Notes: generated by a model not told the origin, from the sequence alone. Shown: positions 25,971 through 39,120, counted from the whole stretch's first letter. The stretch is DNA of 60,898 nucleotides, filler included, from Sphacelaria rigidula (GCA_964200075.2; 9 parts of 9 records of this genome joined end to end with filler, not necessarily neighbours in it), one strand, 5' to 3'. A program made the numbers and translations.

Positions 25971-28900
25971 ACGCGGCTGCACAGCTTCCGCAGCTGTTTG
26001 GAACCTGATGTCCCGAAACGCTCCAAAGTAATTGTAGGCCTTCTGCTTCGTTGAACTCGTCCAATGCTAGTTCGACCGTATTGCATTTCATTAAACTATA
26101 TCAGCTATGTCATTTAGCTTTGAACGTCTGGTTACCTCCCTCATATCGTAGGGCGCGACACTAAAACTGGTTCTGATCACCCGATGATCTGTTTGTGCAT
26201 GAGTACGGTATAATTATGCAGCGGGCGGAAAGACGAAGCACAGGGCACCCACGGGGCAAAACCAGGGAGGAACAAAGGGTACCACGGGACAAGAACCAAC
26301 TACATAGCCCATGCTCAACTTCTTATGCTCAACGTACGTATGGTAAGTAGACGACACAGCGAAAGAGTGCGAAGAGCCGAAGCAGCGTATCCTCATAGTA
26401 CGCTCATTGTACATGCTCTTCAAACATCCCAGTGACCCTGAGTCGTGAACTTCAAAAGCACTCTCTACTACATACTAAATGATGTTGCAGGTAAGATACG
26501 CTGTGGAAACTACAACTTGTGAACAGGCACACTATTTATTTTACATAAAATGAGTATCATTTTACCTCATCCGATCCACTCGCCAGAAAACCCTCCCCTC
26601 CGAAAGTTTGTGGTCGGAGCATGCCAGTGTTGACTCTACACAAGCACGGGTTGGACATCATGTAACAGTCGACCCTAATTTTTGGGGTTGAACTGTAAAA
26701 TGAGGTTCAAAACGCAAATCGCTTTCGTTGGGAAAATACCAAACATTAACACGAAAGGAAGGTGTTTCCCCCCAACACTCCGCAGGAGGTGTTGGGCAGT
26801 TCGGGCTAGGTGCGCCCAACGAATGCGGTGTACACGCGTGTCGATGGCGATATCACCAGAGAGAGGAGCAACGACAGAGAGGAAGCTCCTCGCCCGTGTT
26901 CTTTGTGTGTCCTCGCTCGGCGATTACCAACCGCTCGAGAGACTGGCATCATTGACCTTACCAGCATGCGCCAAATTTTCCATGTCCCGAAACACCAAGC
27001 TGCGGAGAGTTTNNNNNNNNNNNNNNNNNNNNNNNNNNNNNNNNNNNNNNNNNNNNTTAATTAATTAANNNNNNNNNNNNNNNNNNNNNNNNNNNNNNNN
27101 NNNNNNNNNNNNGAAGATTTTAATCCTCCGGGTTCTCATCCTCAATCAAAAGCACCATCCTCAACATAGATGATTGGCTGTTTCTAGGAGGGAGCCGCAG
27201 TTCTCCTGTGTGTATATGGGTGCACGGGCGGTTTGAGGTGTGCATAGGGTGGGCGGTTGAAAATTCCACCTTACACCATCTTCGGCGAAGTTACCGTATT
27301 TCGGCAACATACGCTTATGCGATGATGCAGTACGCAGATTGCGAAAATACTGCCACTGGAATGACCCAATATGGGCAACCACCAGCAGCGCGCGGAGTTT
27401 CACGCTCAAAACTCAAGTGCAGTGGCTGGGAAAGCCATTCTGCTAGCTTTTGGCTGCTGAAGGTGGCTGGTCCGCGAGTTCTGTTCGCGGCCCACGACCC
27501 AGGACTCTACTTGATTTCAGTTGTTTCTCCCGGTCACACACGTAGCTACTGTACTCTTTTTCAACATTCATGGAAATAGAAAGCGAGCGGGATATTTGTG
27601 AAACTGTCCTGCACACTACCATGCCCCACAACGACAAGGTATATTTCTTCATTTCTACCGTTCCCCGCCGGTGTGACCTTTTCGTGCGACCCGTTGCCAA
27701 TCCCGGTCACTTTGGTGCCGTTTGGACCACTGTACGGTATCATCTCTCGCCCCGAACAACGATCAGTGCTAGTGCGGAACATGTCAAGCATCCAATATGT
27801 CCAACACACGGAAACCACCACAAGAACATACCGCATTCGAGGACACTTACATCGAAGCAGAAGGAGTGAAAGCCACAGTATGTCAGGTCGATGTCGAACC
27901 GCGTCTCAGCCTCAACCCCATTCCACTCCACCTGGTATGACCTGCGAAAGACCAGGGACATTTATTTGAACGAGTATGTACAAACTTACTCTTCGTTGTG
28001 TTGGAAATTGTAAATAATTATACAACGAGCTGGCCCGGCAAGATGCCAAGGCTTCCCCAATAATATCGCCACGCCCCGCTTACGTTTCCGAGACGACACG
28101 TTCGAGTTCAAAAACCTGATACATAGACCATTTGTAAGCAAGTCGCAGACGCGGTGGTCCTCCCCCCCCTCCCCCCCCCCGTCTTGATGCAGTATCCGCC
28201 CAAGATACGACCCACTCGGTGGGGTCGACACAAGCAACCCCGACTCGACTGCCGGGCAAGGAGCCACAGTCCCCAAAGTTAGGAAAAGCTCGTCATGGGC
28301 GAGGCTGAGGTGGTGGGAGAGGGGTGGGGGGGCAAGTTTTCAGGGGTGGGTACCCCCTGAATACCATGGATACCCCCTGAATACCATGGATAATAGCTAC
28401 ATTACACGGGTGCAATATCAGTGTACACCAACGAGCACAGGCCGAGGCAAGCGGTTTGTGTGAAGCACACTAAACGCAACTGATTATTGACCGCCCTGGA
28501 ACCAAGGCCGGAACCAATAAGTACGTAGGCATCGGCCAATACTGAAAGCAAGCATGTATTGAATATACTACATGGGTTCAGGTACTTCCTCTGTTCCATA
28601 AGTAAGTCAAGTTCGTTATAATCACACGGACCCTTAACCGTGTCCAATGCCGCAGGCGATATATTTTTTGAAATCTTCAGTGCTTTTCTAGTTGAATCGC
28701 GTCTCTCCCCCCCCCCCCGTGTTTGCGCAGCACCCAGCGTGCTCGAATGACCGATAAGCGATCAGTCGACCCGAAAATGGCAATACTTCGCGCCTTTTCC
28801 ATAACACAAACAAAAGGAGAAGAAGCCTGACAACCCGAAGAACGGCCAAAATCGCGGAAAAGACTCAAAGTGATACCGCATACATACAAGGCTGGTCGGC

Positions 28901-30502
28901 CGGGAAAGTGGGTTTCTACGGGGCCTCAACGAAGCGCAAAACGTTGCCCGGTTGTCAGTGCGCGTCACAAGGTTCCGAGATGCACCCGAGAGGTAAAAGT
29001 GTGCCCAACACTTCAAGTCATACAGCATCGCGTACAGGCTCCCGCAGGAGAAAGCGCCGAAATTCACAGATAGCTTGACTTCGCGACAAGACGGGGTGCC
29101 TTGATCGAGTGCTTTTGGTTCCTTGTTGGGCAAGCATCAACAATAGTAGGACTGTAGTCGGGGACGTCCTGCACGATGGAATCAAACATAATCTTCTCCA
29201 TCGCTGCTCGGAAACATTCATGACTTTCTTCCCACCGCGTTGTTCGTTTCCACTCCCAAGTTTGAAAAGTGAGCAGCCCCGAGAATCGCCGCTCCCGCTC
29301 GTTTCATGCCGTTTCGGGCACGCACCACCCGCACAACACTGCCCAATGATTGCATTGCTCTGCGTGTAGAACTGGCCCTTTTGTTTTTGCGCGTGACCAT
29401 GATGTTGGGTGGCGTGCTTCTGCCGTGACTCCGTGGGATGGGGTGAGGAACGTCGGGCGTGGGTCGAAAACCGTTGAGCACGAAATCATCGTTTCCCTAC
29501 TTCTATGGGTCGAAAATGCGAACGTCCATGAAAAGTTTGCAAACCTGTCCGCACAGTTAGCCGTTGCGCCCCGGTAACGTCATGGTCAACGGTTCGGTTT
29601 GTCACCATTAGGGTGGAGGAGAAAACGTGCGTTCGATTGCAGACGCGTTGGTTTTTGTCTTCGAAGTGTCTGATTTCCACCGTCGAAAACGTGAGTACGT
29701 GAGTAAACAAGAGTTAGCTGACTGAGTTCGTTCGACGACAGCTGACGCGACGCGGGAGCGCTGATTTATTCCGCGAGATCAGAGTGCAAGGCGTGTAGCG
29801 GGGAGAGATGGGTTGGTCCCTTGAAACCACGGAATCGTCCTGAGAGAGGCCAGGAGTTCAGAGTGCGAATGTATATGATGAAAAAGGTCAAGAACGGCCC
29901 GTACTTGTGAAGTACTTCCGGCCCAAAGCGGTAGATTGAGCACACGTTATTCGTGGTTTGCAGCTGTGCGAACATGTCATTGCAACCTCATTTCTTGACG
30001 GATCGAAGCCAACGCACGCACAGCGCGCGTGATTGAGTAGGTGTTAGTTGTAGTAGGGGCTATCGGCTTGCAGTGATGCACGCTGATGTATTTGCGAGAT
30101 CAATCAACAGTGCAACATCACACCGTGGGGCGCGTGCCTTCGATCGTTGTTGATCGATGCTGTAGTTCAATAGTTGTCGATGCGTGTCGAAATAGCTCGG
30201 AGGCCAGGGTTGGGCTCAATGTTCGATTTCAGTCTCATTGGAGACAACGACCGGGGTCAGACACCCTGACAATGAATAATGGTACTCTCGACTTTTGATA
30301 ATGGCAGGCGCAGGATTGGTTTTACAAATTGCAAAACCACGGGGCTTTATGAATGACCGCTTCAAATGGAAGCCATGGGTTTATGAAGTCTACGCAAGAA
30401 TACTCAGCTAACTCTCATGAAAATTCTCTCAGGCAAGAAAACGACTCCTATTAAGACGCGTACATGTTGTTGTTCATCTAGCATATAAAATATCACGTGA
30501 TA

Positions 30503-30745
30503 GCCCCGGTAGCCAAGCCGGTAACCTCGAAACTTCCTCACGGTTAGGACGTGAGTTCGAAGATCGCTTAAGTCACACGGTCTGGGATTTTCCTTACATG
30601 ATGTCCAACAGTGGAGAGCGCGACCTTCCTCCTCTTTGACCTGGGCTGGTGCGCCCAGATATACCAAAGGTGAAGACTGGTGTGAAGAATAGATGGGGTG
30701 ACAACACACGCAGAGAGAGAAAATCACCAGATTTGATAGGAACAA
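30503..30745 (+). mobile_element. tRNA-derived SINE
   Basis: Head gccccggtagccaagccggtaa (A-box-like) and gagttcgaa at 30553 (B-box-like). Body shared with 7186-7275 and 33635-33716. Confidence 0.7.
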
Positions 30746-31257
30746 ATGGGCTCGATAGCAGAAGATAATGAACTCATTTCACACCGATAACAGTCGAAAA
30801 CAACAAACGAAAACGAGATAGCAACTACTACTTGGGAAACAGTGACTGTAAAACAGTTACACCTCGGCTGAGCAAAGATCCTTGGATCTTACAGCAAGAG
30901 ACCCAAAAGAACACCAGAAGAAGCACCAAGCAATAACACCCAACGTGGTCCGTTGCTGAGGAGGGCGATGCTTATCTACACTGCGGCTAAACTCTCAACC
31001 CTGCGCCCATGAGTTAGGACTTCTATCTCCAGCAGCCTCTTGTTCTTCCCGTAGAGTCAAGCGGTGGTGTTGCTCCCTGCAAAACGAAGGGGGAAACCAG
31101 GGAAGTACAACAGGGAGCAGAGCTTTTACCTGGGGGACGTCAAACGAAAACTGGCAAGATCAGTAATATGCGACCAACGCATGTCGGTCGGAAGGAAAAG
31201 GAACAATTCCAGAAAATCGGTAATTCAACGACATCCTGCACCAGCCAAAAGAGGATA

Positions 31258-33600
31258 CTAGAGCTCCAGTAGGTGTGGATGATGAGCGGCCCCTGATATT
31301 CTCCGATCGTGGTCCGCTGTAGGTTGTTCTTTTGTGGATGTCGTAGAGGCTAGTCCTAGCAAAAAGGGGAGGTCAGAGTATCTGAAGAAGAGAGAGAAAA
31401 GTGGCAGTAACGGGCGTGGTTCAAAGCGGTGCGTAGACGTCGTGGATGTCGTCGATGTTGCGCTGGATACCGCGGGAAAGTCCTTCGGACTTGAGTCGCT
31501 GAAGCCACCAAGATCCGCGTGGTGCAGATGGGCTAGTGGTACATAGCGCTGGCCGGAGCTTGAGATGTATGGGTCCAGGGTCGTCGATGAAGCGCACAAT
31601 ATATGTGTCAGGAGAAAACCAGGTCGGTGGAGTGGGTTTACCAGAGGTCGTAGCTGCCTTTGAGCCACAGGTAGCTGCCCTAGGGTGGTATTCGCTGGTG
31701 GGCGAAGAATTTTGCTTTACAAGTCTTGGTGGGTACAAGTCCGTAGTCATCGGCGACAAAGGGCAGTCCTTTGTCGCGGTGGAGTTCGCGGGCTGCTGCA
31801 CCACGACGCATGTTGCGATATCTCTTGTTGTGAGCAAGATGTTGCTGTTGGGGTTGCGTCTAGTACAGGAAGATTGCACGGCGTTGCAATTGGAGGTCGG
31901 ATTTGCGTTCCCAGGATGCTCTCCGAAGACCTTGCCAGCGGATGTTATACGTTGCAGCAATTTGCCTCCTCGACCACGGGTGATGTGATGGCCGGAGATG
32001 GTGGACACGGCCAGTCGAAGGGGTTGTTCCGTCACATCGTCTGTTGTGAGGTGATAGGGCGGTGACTTGGACCAGTAACTGTTGAGGATGCACTGCGTGA
32101 GGCCGGCAAGCCAGTATTTCGGCACGTCAGATATGTCATGCGGGTTCGTGCAGGGTTTGCACCGGTGCACGGAGACGCGGGCTTCAACATCATTGCCGTA
32201 AAGGTCGCGAGGCAGGTCGTAATATAGAAGCTTGTCGCCAACGGGCTCTTCATCCGGTGAAGTTGGCGAGGGACCGACAGTCAGGAGTTTGAACGGTCCT
32301 GTCCAATTTAGGGGCAATTTTGTCGTCAAAACTGTCTCGTTGGCTACTTTGCTGGTGCCTTGGCGGATGGTTGACAAACTGTTGTAGATCCAAACCCAAT
32401 CGCCGATCTTCCAGTGAGCAATGCTACGGTAGGGGTGCAAGTTTTGCGCAAAATCTTGCCTGGTTCAGGTGCTCTCAACGATCTAGGTGCACAAGAATAT
32501 GGGTTACGACATCCCCGTTTGCAAAATCATTCGGGATGTCCTTAGAACATTGAGATAGTAATCCTGGCGTACTCTCACATAATCCATGAGTCGTGTTTGG
32601 GATGAGATTAAGGGCTGCTAACAATTCTAAACTCGGGAAATATTTGTGCACTCCTACCGGAGCATCCCTCCAGTTGGGGCGCTTGTGCATAACGTTGTAG
32701 AGGGAAGTGTTGGATGTCTCAAGACACGAGGCTTTCATAGCATGCTGTTCGTACTCGAGGGTGAAAGCTTCGCGTTGTCGTGAATGCGCTAGTTCGTGAT
32801 AGGATATCTGATACTGATCCGACCCTTGGTGGTCATTGAACGTGTGTCGCTCAAACATGGCGATGGGCAGCCGAGGGTAACGTCCAAGATGGAGTTCGTT
32901 CGAGGAAAGGCCGGTGGCGGCGTCAACCGAGTCGTTGTAGGACAACATGACATGGGAGAGGTGGAGGTCTCAATTATTTTGGCGGTCGTTGACGACCATA
33001 GAGAGCATCTGGGCCACGGTATGGATAACTATTTCGGTACCACCGTTACCGTTCGGGTGGTAGATGCTCGTGGCAGTCTTGCGGATGTCCAGGAACTTGT
33101 CAAGCTCGTTAGAGACATCTGAGCAAATGTTTGAACATTGTCTGACAGGAGCCGTTCCGGGCAACCATAGTGCTTAACGTAGCCGTGGACCGATACATTG
33201 GCGGTTCCGGCGGCAGTGAAATCTCCAGCGGTTACTGCGTACATGGACGCGTGGCGGCTGAAGCGGCCGGTGAAGAGTAAGACGTAGATGTTGGCGCGAC
33301 CCGTGGTCGGTAGAGGGCCGAAGTGCTCGAAAGACACAAGGTGGCCCGGGGCATTTGGGGAGCCCCACAGATATGACGGGCCAACGTACTGTCTGCCGTG
33401 ACGTTTTCGGAGCTTGGCATTTGAAGCATCGTCGAATCCAGAAGCGAGTGGGGGTTCTCATGCCAACCCACCAGTAGAAACGTTCAAGAAGCGCTAGGGT
33501 GCGAGTGACGCCAAGGTGGCATGACAAGTCACTTTGGCAGCCTTTTATGGCTCAGGGGCGCAATAATAATGGAGCGTACAGACGTGTTGGTTCGTCATCG
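31258..33600 (-). pseudogene. Ty3/Gypsy integrase remnant interrupted by MITE A
   Basis: SCHLGVTRTL..FYWWVGM..RRCFKCQ (HHCC zinc finger), FGPLP..YVLLFTGRFSR, YGCPERLLSDN, YHPNGNGGTE and KLPLNWTGPFK. Confidence 0.92.
32416..32670. mobile_element. MITE family A copy 3
   Basis: TSD CAGT at 32412-32415 and 32671-32674. Removing the element and one TSD restores integrase HKRPNW-KIGDW in frame. Confidence 0.95.
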
Positions 33601-33716
33601 AGTAGGCGTGCGTGGCGTCCCGTGGTTGAGGCGAAGGTGTGTGTGTGTGTGTCAGGTCTACACCTTTCGGTATATGTGGGCGCACCAGCCGTGTTCACAC
33701 AGGAGGAAGGTCAACA

Positions 33717-33790
33717 GAGCAATGCTACGGTAGGGGTGCACTTTTTTCGCGATTTGTTTTCTGGTTCAGGGGCTCCTAACGGTTCTAGAC
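33717..33790. mobile_element. MITE family A copy 4 (truncated by contig end), inserted in a SINE fragment
   Basis: gagcaatgctacggtaggggtgcac left TIR, preceded by aaca. Confidence 0.9.
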
Positions 33791-33890
33791 NNNNNNNNNN
33801 NNNNNNNNNNNNNNNNNNNNNNNNNNNNNNNNNNTTAATTAATTAANNNNNNNNNNNNNNNNNNNNNNNNNNNNNNNNNNNNNNNNNNNN

Positions 33891-33950
33891 AGGGATGCGA
33901 GGTCAATGGTGTGATGACTATGGCGCGCATGATCATGAGTACACCCCCCC
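33891..33950 (+). mobile_element. 3' tail of the C-run-ended retroposon
   Basis: gggatgcgaggtcaatggtgtgatgactatggcgcgcatgatcatgagtacaccccccc. Confidence 0.75.
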
Positions 33951-35278
33951 AAGCAGGGAGAGGATACCCCAAAGGAGAACATACGTGCGCTAGGGGCTGT
34001 CCCGCACACAGGGGCCTGACGAAAGTGGTTCATCTACGGTGTAGAGGTTAACAATGCGTACGATTGGGTCACTGCGGCGAAGAACATGGGCAAATGGCAT
34101 ATTGGAGCCGAAAAGGGAGCGGAAGAGTTTGAGGACACGTGGCGACGCGCGGACAAGCGAGAATTAGACCGCCGTCACAAGCGAGAGGCTGCGGCGTCGA
34201 GGGCTGCCAATCGAAAAATCCTGCCTGCTCATAACGGTTCTTGATTATGTCCTTAGTCGGTGGCTCTGCGGTGCCCACTGGTGTGTATATGTATCTACTC
34301 TCAGTGTTGCGCCGAAACAGAGAAGAGAATAAACAAACATGTTTTTCGGAACAGAAATTTACTGCTTTTCCCCCTAGTCCACACTGTTGCAACGCGCAGC
34401 ACCAGAGATTGTGATGTGAAACTATTGACTGTGGTTTTCATAACATATGACCAAAGCTACAGCACTCTTCACCTTCTACAGTGTGCGTACGGCCGTGCGT
34501 CATGAACTGCGCACCTCTGCAGACAATATGCTGATCGGTATACCACCGATGGTCATGATCCAGAAAGGGCCGCAGTACAGACCAGTGTCGGTTTGCTACA
34601 ACATCGGCCGCTCAGCCGCTGAAGATTTCGAAGTTATTGCACGCGCGGGTGCATACATGCATTCATCTCTAGTGCATGGAGTCTGGAATGCGGGATAGTC
34701 GCTTCAAGAGCGTATAGACGGGATTCCCCCAGTGTTCTAATGCCGCGGTTCAACCTTGAAGTTTGACAACTGTATCCTCGTTGATGTTTGTCGCCCGCAC
34801 TGCAATAACACTGTCTACCCTGTATCTAACCATTCATTCCTGTTGAGTAATTCTGTGCGCAATCGGGGTTGGCGGAATAATAACTTTGATGTAGTTCCTC
34901 CGGAGCCAATAGATTTTCCCTCCTGTGAGGTGACCAGAAAAACAGAACGCGTGGACATCAAGCTCGGGGAAATATCCCGTGTGGGACATGTAGATGGTGA
35001 CGTTGGGCAAATTGTCCGTATATCCCCCACCTTCCCATATCCGCCGTTCAACCTGACAGTTTGACACTATGTATAGCGTCTTTGATGTTCCTCGCCCGCT
35101 CCGCAGCACCGTCCATCCCATATTCAGCCGTTCATTAGTTTTGAATTTTCCTGTGCGCAATTGGGGTTGCTGGGAAAAACTATCGAATAATATTTGTCAC
35201 CATTAGCTGAGGGAGAAAGGGGTGGGATTGTTCCCCTGCAATGCCAACTGCTCATGTTATCGGATTCTCTGCGCAATC

Positions 35279-35527
35279 GAGTAATGCCGAGATAGCCCCC
35301 CCCACAAAAAGTGCACCGTAGACCGTCCGACAAACCGGCTGCGACCCCACTATTGGGCTCGCTTAAAGCATTTCGTCCACAGCAGAGGCGTGTAGCAGTC
35401 CGGAATCAGCTATAACGTCCAAGTGACTGGCGTCGTGCAGCATGAAACCAGCTCTAACGGCGTTTATGATCATCGCCTCCGTGCACTTTTTGGCCGGTTC
35501 GGGGGGGGGGCTGTCTCGGCAGCACTC
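35279..35527. mobile_element. MITE family B copy 2 (GAG..CTC, 4-bp TSD)
   Basis: aatc|gagtaatgccgagatag...ctgtctcggcagcactc|aatc. Confidence 0.9.
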
Positions 35528-35610
35528 AATCGCGGTTGCCGGTTTAAACTGTTCAATAATATTTTCCGTCATAGCGGGAGATACTATTTGACTGCGGTGC
35601 CATCTGCTCC

Positions 35611-35885
35611 TGGGAAAACCGTAATTTCCCACCTGCGCGGTGACCACTCATCAATTATGCTTGAACGGGTCGGAAAAGACGGAACACGTTCACTGCTACG
35701 ACCCACACTAAATGTAGCACGAGAGACGCGGACTGGACCGTACGATTGGCGTTGGGAAAACCGTAATTTCCCACCTGCGCGGTGACCACTGGTCATTAAT
35801 GCTTGAACGGGTCCGAAAAGACGAAGCACATACACTGCTAAAACCCACACTAAATGTAGCACGAGAGACGCGGACCGGACCCGTA
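35611..35885. repeat. Tandem duplication, 142-bp unit
   Basis: tgggaaaaccgtaatttcccacctgcgcggtgaccact occurs at 35611 and 35753. Confidence 0.9.
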
Positions 35886-36129
35886 CCATTAGCTTGGGCT
35901 CGAACAGTCATCCCCCGGGGCGGGCGCGGAGGAACTTGCACTCTAATTTCAGCATTAATGTCGTGGACGCCTTCCTATAAAGTATTCTTCGCGCTCGTGA
36001 GTTCGAAATGTTCTATATATACTATATGTTACGCATCCGTTCAACTCCGTGTATGTTGACACTTGAATACGTACACGGCCGGCATGCACAAAATCTGTTG
36101 AATGTTTCGTGCCCGGAGCAAATGAAAGT

Positions 36130-36735
36130 CCAATATACGTATTGCCATGCATTACTTCACGATCACGACACGACATATATGTTGTTGTTCGATGTCCCCT
36201 AGGACATCTCACCACCATATATATTGAAAGGACAGTATTTGCGCTGTCTCCATTACAAGGTTTTGGCATCGTATTGCAACATATTGTTACTCCAGGGTAT
36301 AAGCAACACAGCACCGTTGACCACAGGAGTAACAAAAGGCCCATATTGACCCGCGTTTTCTGTCGTCGTAATGTTCAGCCAAGATATATTACATACTGTG
36401 AAGAGAATAGGCGGCCCCTCACCAGTCGCCAGATTGGTATTAGAAGACATATATATCGAGTCGCTTTTTCTGTCGCCATATTTTCTGGCCAATATATATA
36501 TATATATATATACTTCGACAACTCTCCGTAGCAATGCACGCGAACTTCTGCAGCTTCCTTGTACGCTTTTCCCAATCTGCACGGGCTCCGGCATCAATCA
36601 ATCGCGTCTGGATCTTTCTGAAAGCGTACATCATACTTATAATATCCAACATATATTGCCCGGCCAATACATTGACACTCACGCGGACACAATATATTTT
36701 GACTGGTCAATATGTTCTCACCAATGCGACCCATG
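36130..36735. mobile_element. Second copy of the CAATAT-rich DNA repeat
   Basis: Homologous to 915-1265. Ends aatgcgaccc, an imperfect inverse of gggtcgtatt at 291. Confidence 0.65.
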
Positions 36736-38652
36736 TATATCGGTTGTGCAATAGAGAGTTTCGGGAACAAAAAACGGCCGGAAAAAGCTCAGGTTTAGGG
36801 TTTAGAAGTTGGGATCGATATGACGAATTCCCCTACTTAAACCCCGACAACTGAACCCTGAAAAGAGACATGCGCAGCAACTCAGGTCTAATTTGAAACT
36901 TCGAAAATATACCCTGAGTTGCTGAACAACCTGAAGCGTTGGTGTCCAACTCAGGGTTGAAAAACGGAACTAGACACCCTGCCCCATAACGACCAAGGTT
37001 ACAGAACACAGCCGTAGGACAAATGTCATAGGTGAGGCGATGGCGGATGCCGTGAGCGCCCGTGACAGCGCTGGTCATGGCATCTCGTTTACGAGGGTAA
37101 CCCAAGGCTACGAGGAAGACTTGGAGGCGAACGGGGGAGCCGAAACACCAGTCGACCTGGCTTATGATGACGCGAAAGGGCGGGAGTCGGCCGCTCAAGC
37201 AGCCGCCACGAGAACTAGACAAAATGGCCACCCAACGTAAAGCTTGCGTTACCTCGCGCAGGTACACCACCGTTGGGTGACCATTTTGTTGGAATCCTCA
37301 TGGCGGCTGCATGAGTGGCCGTCTTCCACCCTTCCGCGTCATCTCTAGCCAGGTCGGCAGGTGCCTCTGTTCCCTCGTTCGCCTCCACGCAGCTAGGATT
37401 ACTGCGGAGTAAACCTTTATCGAGGCTGACGGTACTCTCTCAAAATGTGCACACGCACACACGCAGGCATGTGCACACTTGTACTATAGACAGTACAATA
37501 GTACAGAACACTTACTACATGCACAGTATTCAGAACTGTCTACAGACAGTGCAACAGTGCCACAGTACACCTCTCAACTGTCACAACTTTTACGAGTGCT
37601 GTACCACACACCGACAGGTGCAGGACTTGTGAAAGACTAACGGGCGCCGAGGTGCACCACCTGTGTGCCAAACGCTGTGTACTGTGCCGGGTTTGTACCC
37701 GGAGGCTGTGTTGACCATAACAAGAACTATTATAAAAATATTCCGTAACGACAAACCGCCAGATAAACTGGACAACTGGTACTCACGTAGCCATTGCCAG
37801 TTTAACTCCAGTTACAGTGGAGATAGGCAGTATTTACTGGTCCAGTTCCCAGTTTAATTGATGCATGTGTTGTACTTTCCCGTAGTAGGTGACACCAGCC
37901 AAATTCAGCCCACGATTCAACACATATTGGGAACGGTTCGCTAGAAGGGGACCTCCCACCTTCTTTCTGTTCACGCAATACAACTCTCTTCTACGTGCTG
38001 TACTTGCTTGTTCACCTCGGTCCTGTTGTCAAAATCTGATCGTAGAAAGTGCCACAGTTACTGCCAGTCTGGGAGTTCGACTGCGGTGAGGTTACCCCTC
38101 GAATTTCAGCTTTCGACTCTTGGACGGGCCGTGCAAAGGTGGTCAACCGCCCAAAAATACATTTAGAGTAACTCAGCTCCTAACGTTACTACCGAAAGCA
38201 ACCTCTTGGCATCATTGCTTCCAACACCCTTTGATGACGCATTCGCTCACGTTTCAACAATGTTTCCTTCCGTACTTTCCTCGCTGCACTTTCGGCAACC
38301 ATCCCTTCGTCCATCTCCCGACTCATTCGACATCGACAGGTGTTCTGTGTGCACCACCAATGTATCTGTATCCCAGGGAACGAAGCTAGTGCTGGAGAGG
38401 GCGCCAAGAGACAGGTCCCTTCCTCTTCCTTGCGTGTGGCGTGGACATCGGCATCAGCACTCGGTACCACCGCATCACCGACCCGACCGGCAGAAAAGAC
38501 GGGGTATACGCGCACGCCGACGGCCGCAACGACGTTGAGACCCTCGTCAAAGCGGACGAGAACAATTATCATCCTTGCTACGAATGCAAAGCCCCCCCTA
38601 CCCCAAAACCTCTCTGTATCTATCAGCACCAAGCTCTTGCCTGATTTCCAAC

Positions 38653-39120
38653 GACACTTGTTCCAAAAAAGAGGCATTTGCCTCGGGAAACGACAACTCC
38701 ACTCCTCGGAAAGTGCCGCGGAACACCACCGATTCTCCCCTCCCTCCTGGAGAAAATCCCGAGACGTCACCAAGCAAAAATGACCCTCAGCCCGAAAAGA
38801 AAAACAACATAACTCGACAAGGTACCCCGCCTACGGCCACCAGGAGCGGAGCCGGGCACTGAACCACCGCCAACAGTAAGTATGGTTTGGTGCTTACTGT
38901 AGGCGGTGGTTCAGTGCCCGGCTCCGCTCCTGGTGGCCGTAGATCGGGTACCTTACCGAGTTGGGTCATTTTTTTCTTTTCGGGTTGAGGGTCGTTTTTG
39001 CTTGGTAACGTCACGGGGTTCTCTTCGGGAGGGGGGGGAAATAGATGGTGTTCCACGGTACTTTCTGAGGAGTGGAGTCGTCGCATCGCGAGGCGAACGC
39101 CTCTTTTGCTTGGAAATGTC
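38653..39120. repeat. Long inverted repeat (fold-back), arms ~230 bp, 12-nt loop
   Basis: 38831-38880 vs 38893-38942 are 49/50 complementary. The outer arms are more diverged. Confidence 0.95.

Noticed and set aside
25332..26086. Long poly-Leu/Cys/Val/Gln ORFs
   Set aside because: Translations of a CAA/CAG microsatellite that is open in several frames.
30503..30570. tRNA gene
   Set aside because: A/B-box-like motifs are present, but I could not build a cloverleaf and the sequence continues into a dispersed repeat body, so it is called a SINE.
31421..32440. 339-aa ORF as an independent gene
   Set aside because: It starts inside MITE A, continues as Gypsy integrase C-terminus and then drifts out of frame; it is a chimeric pseudogene reading.
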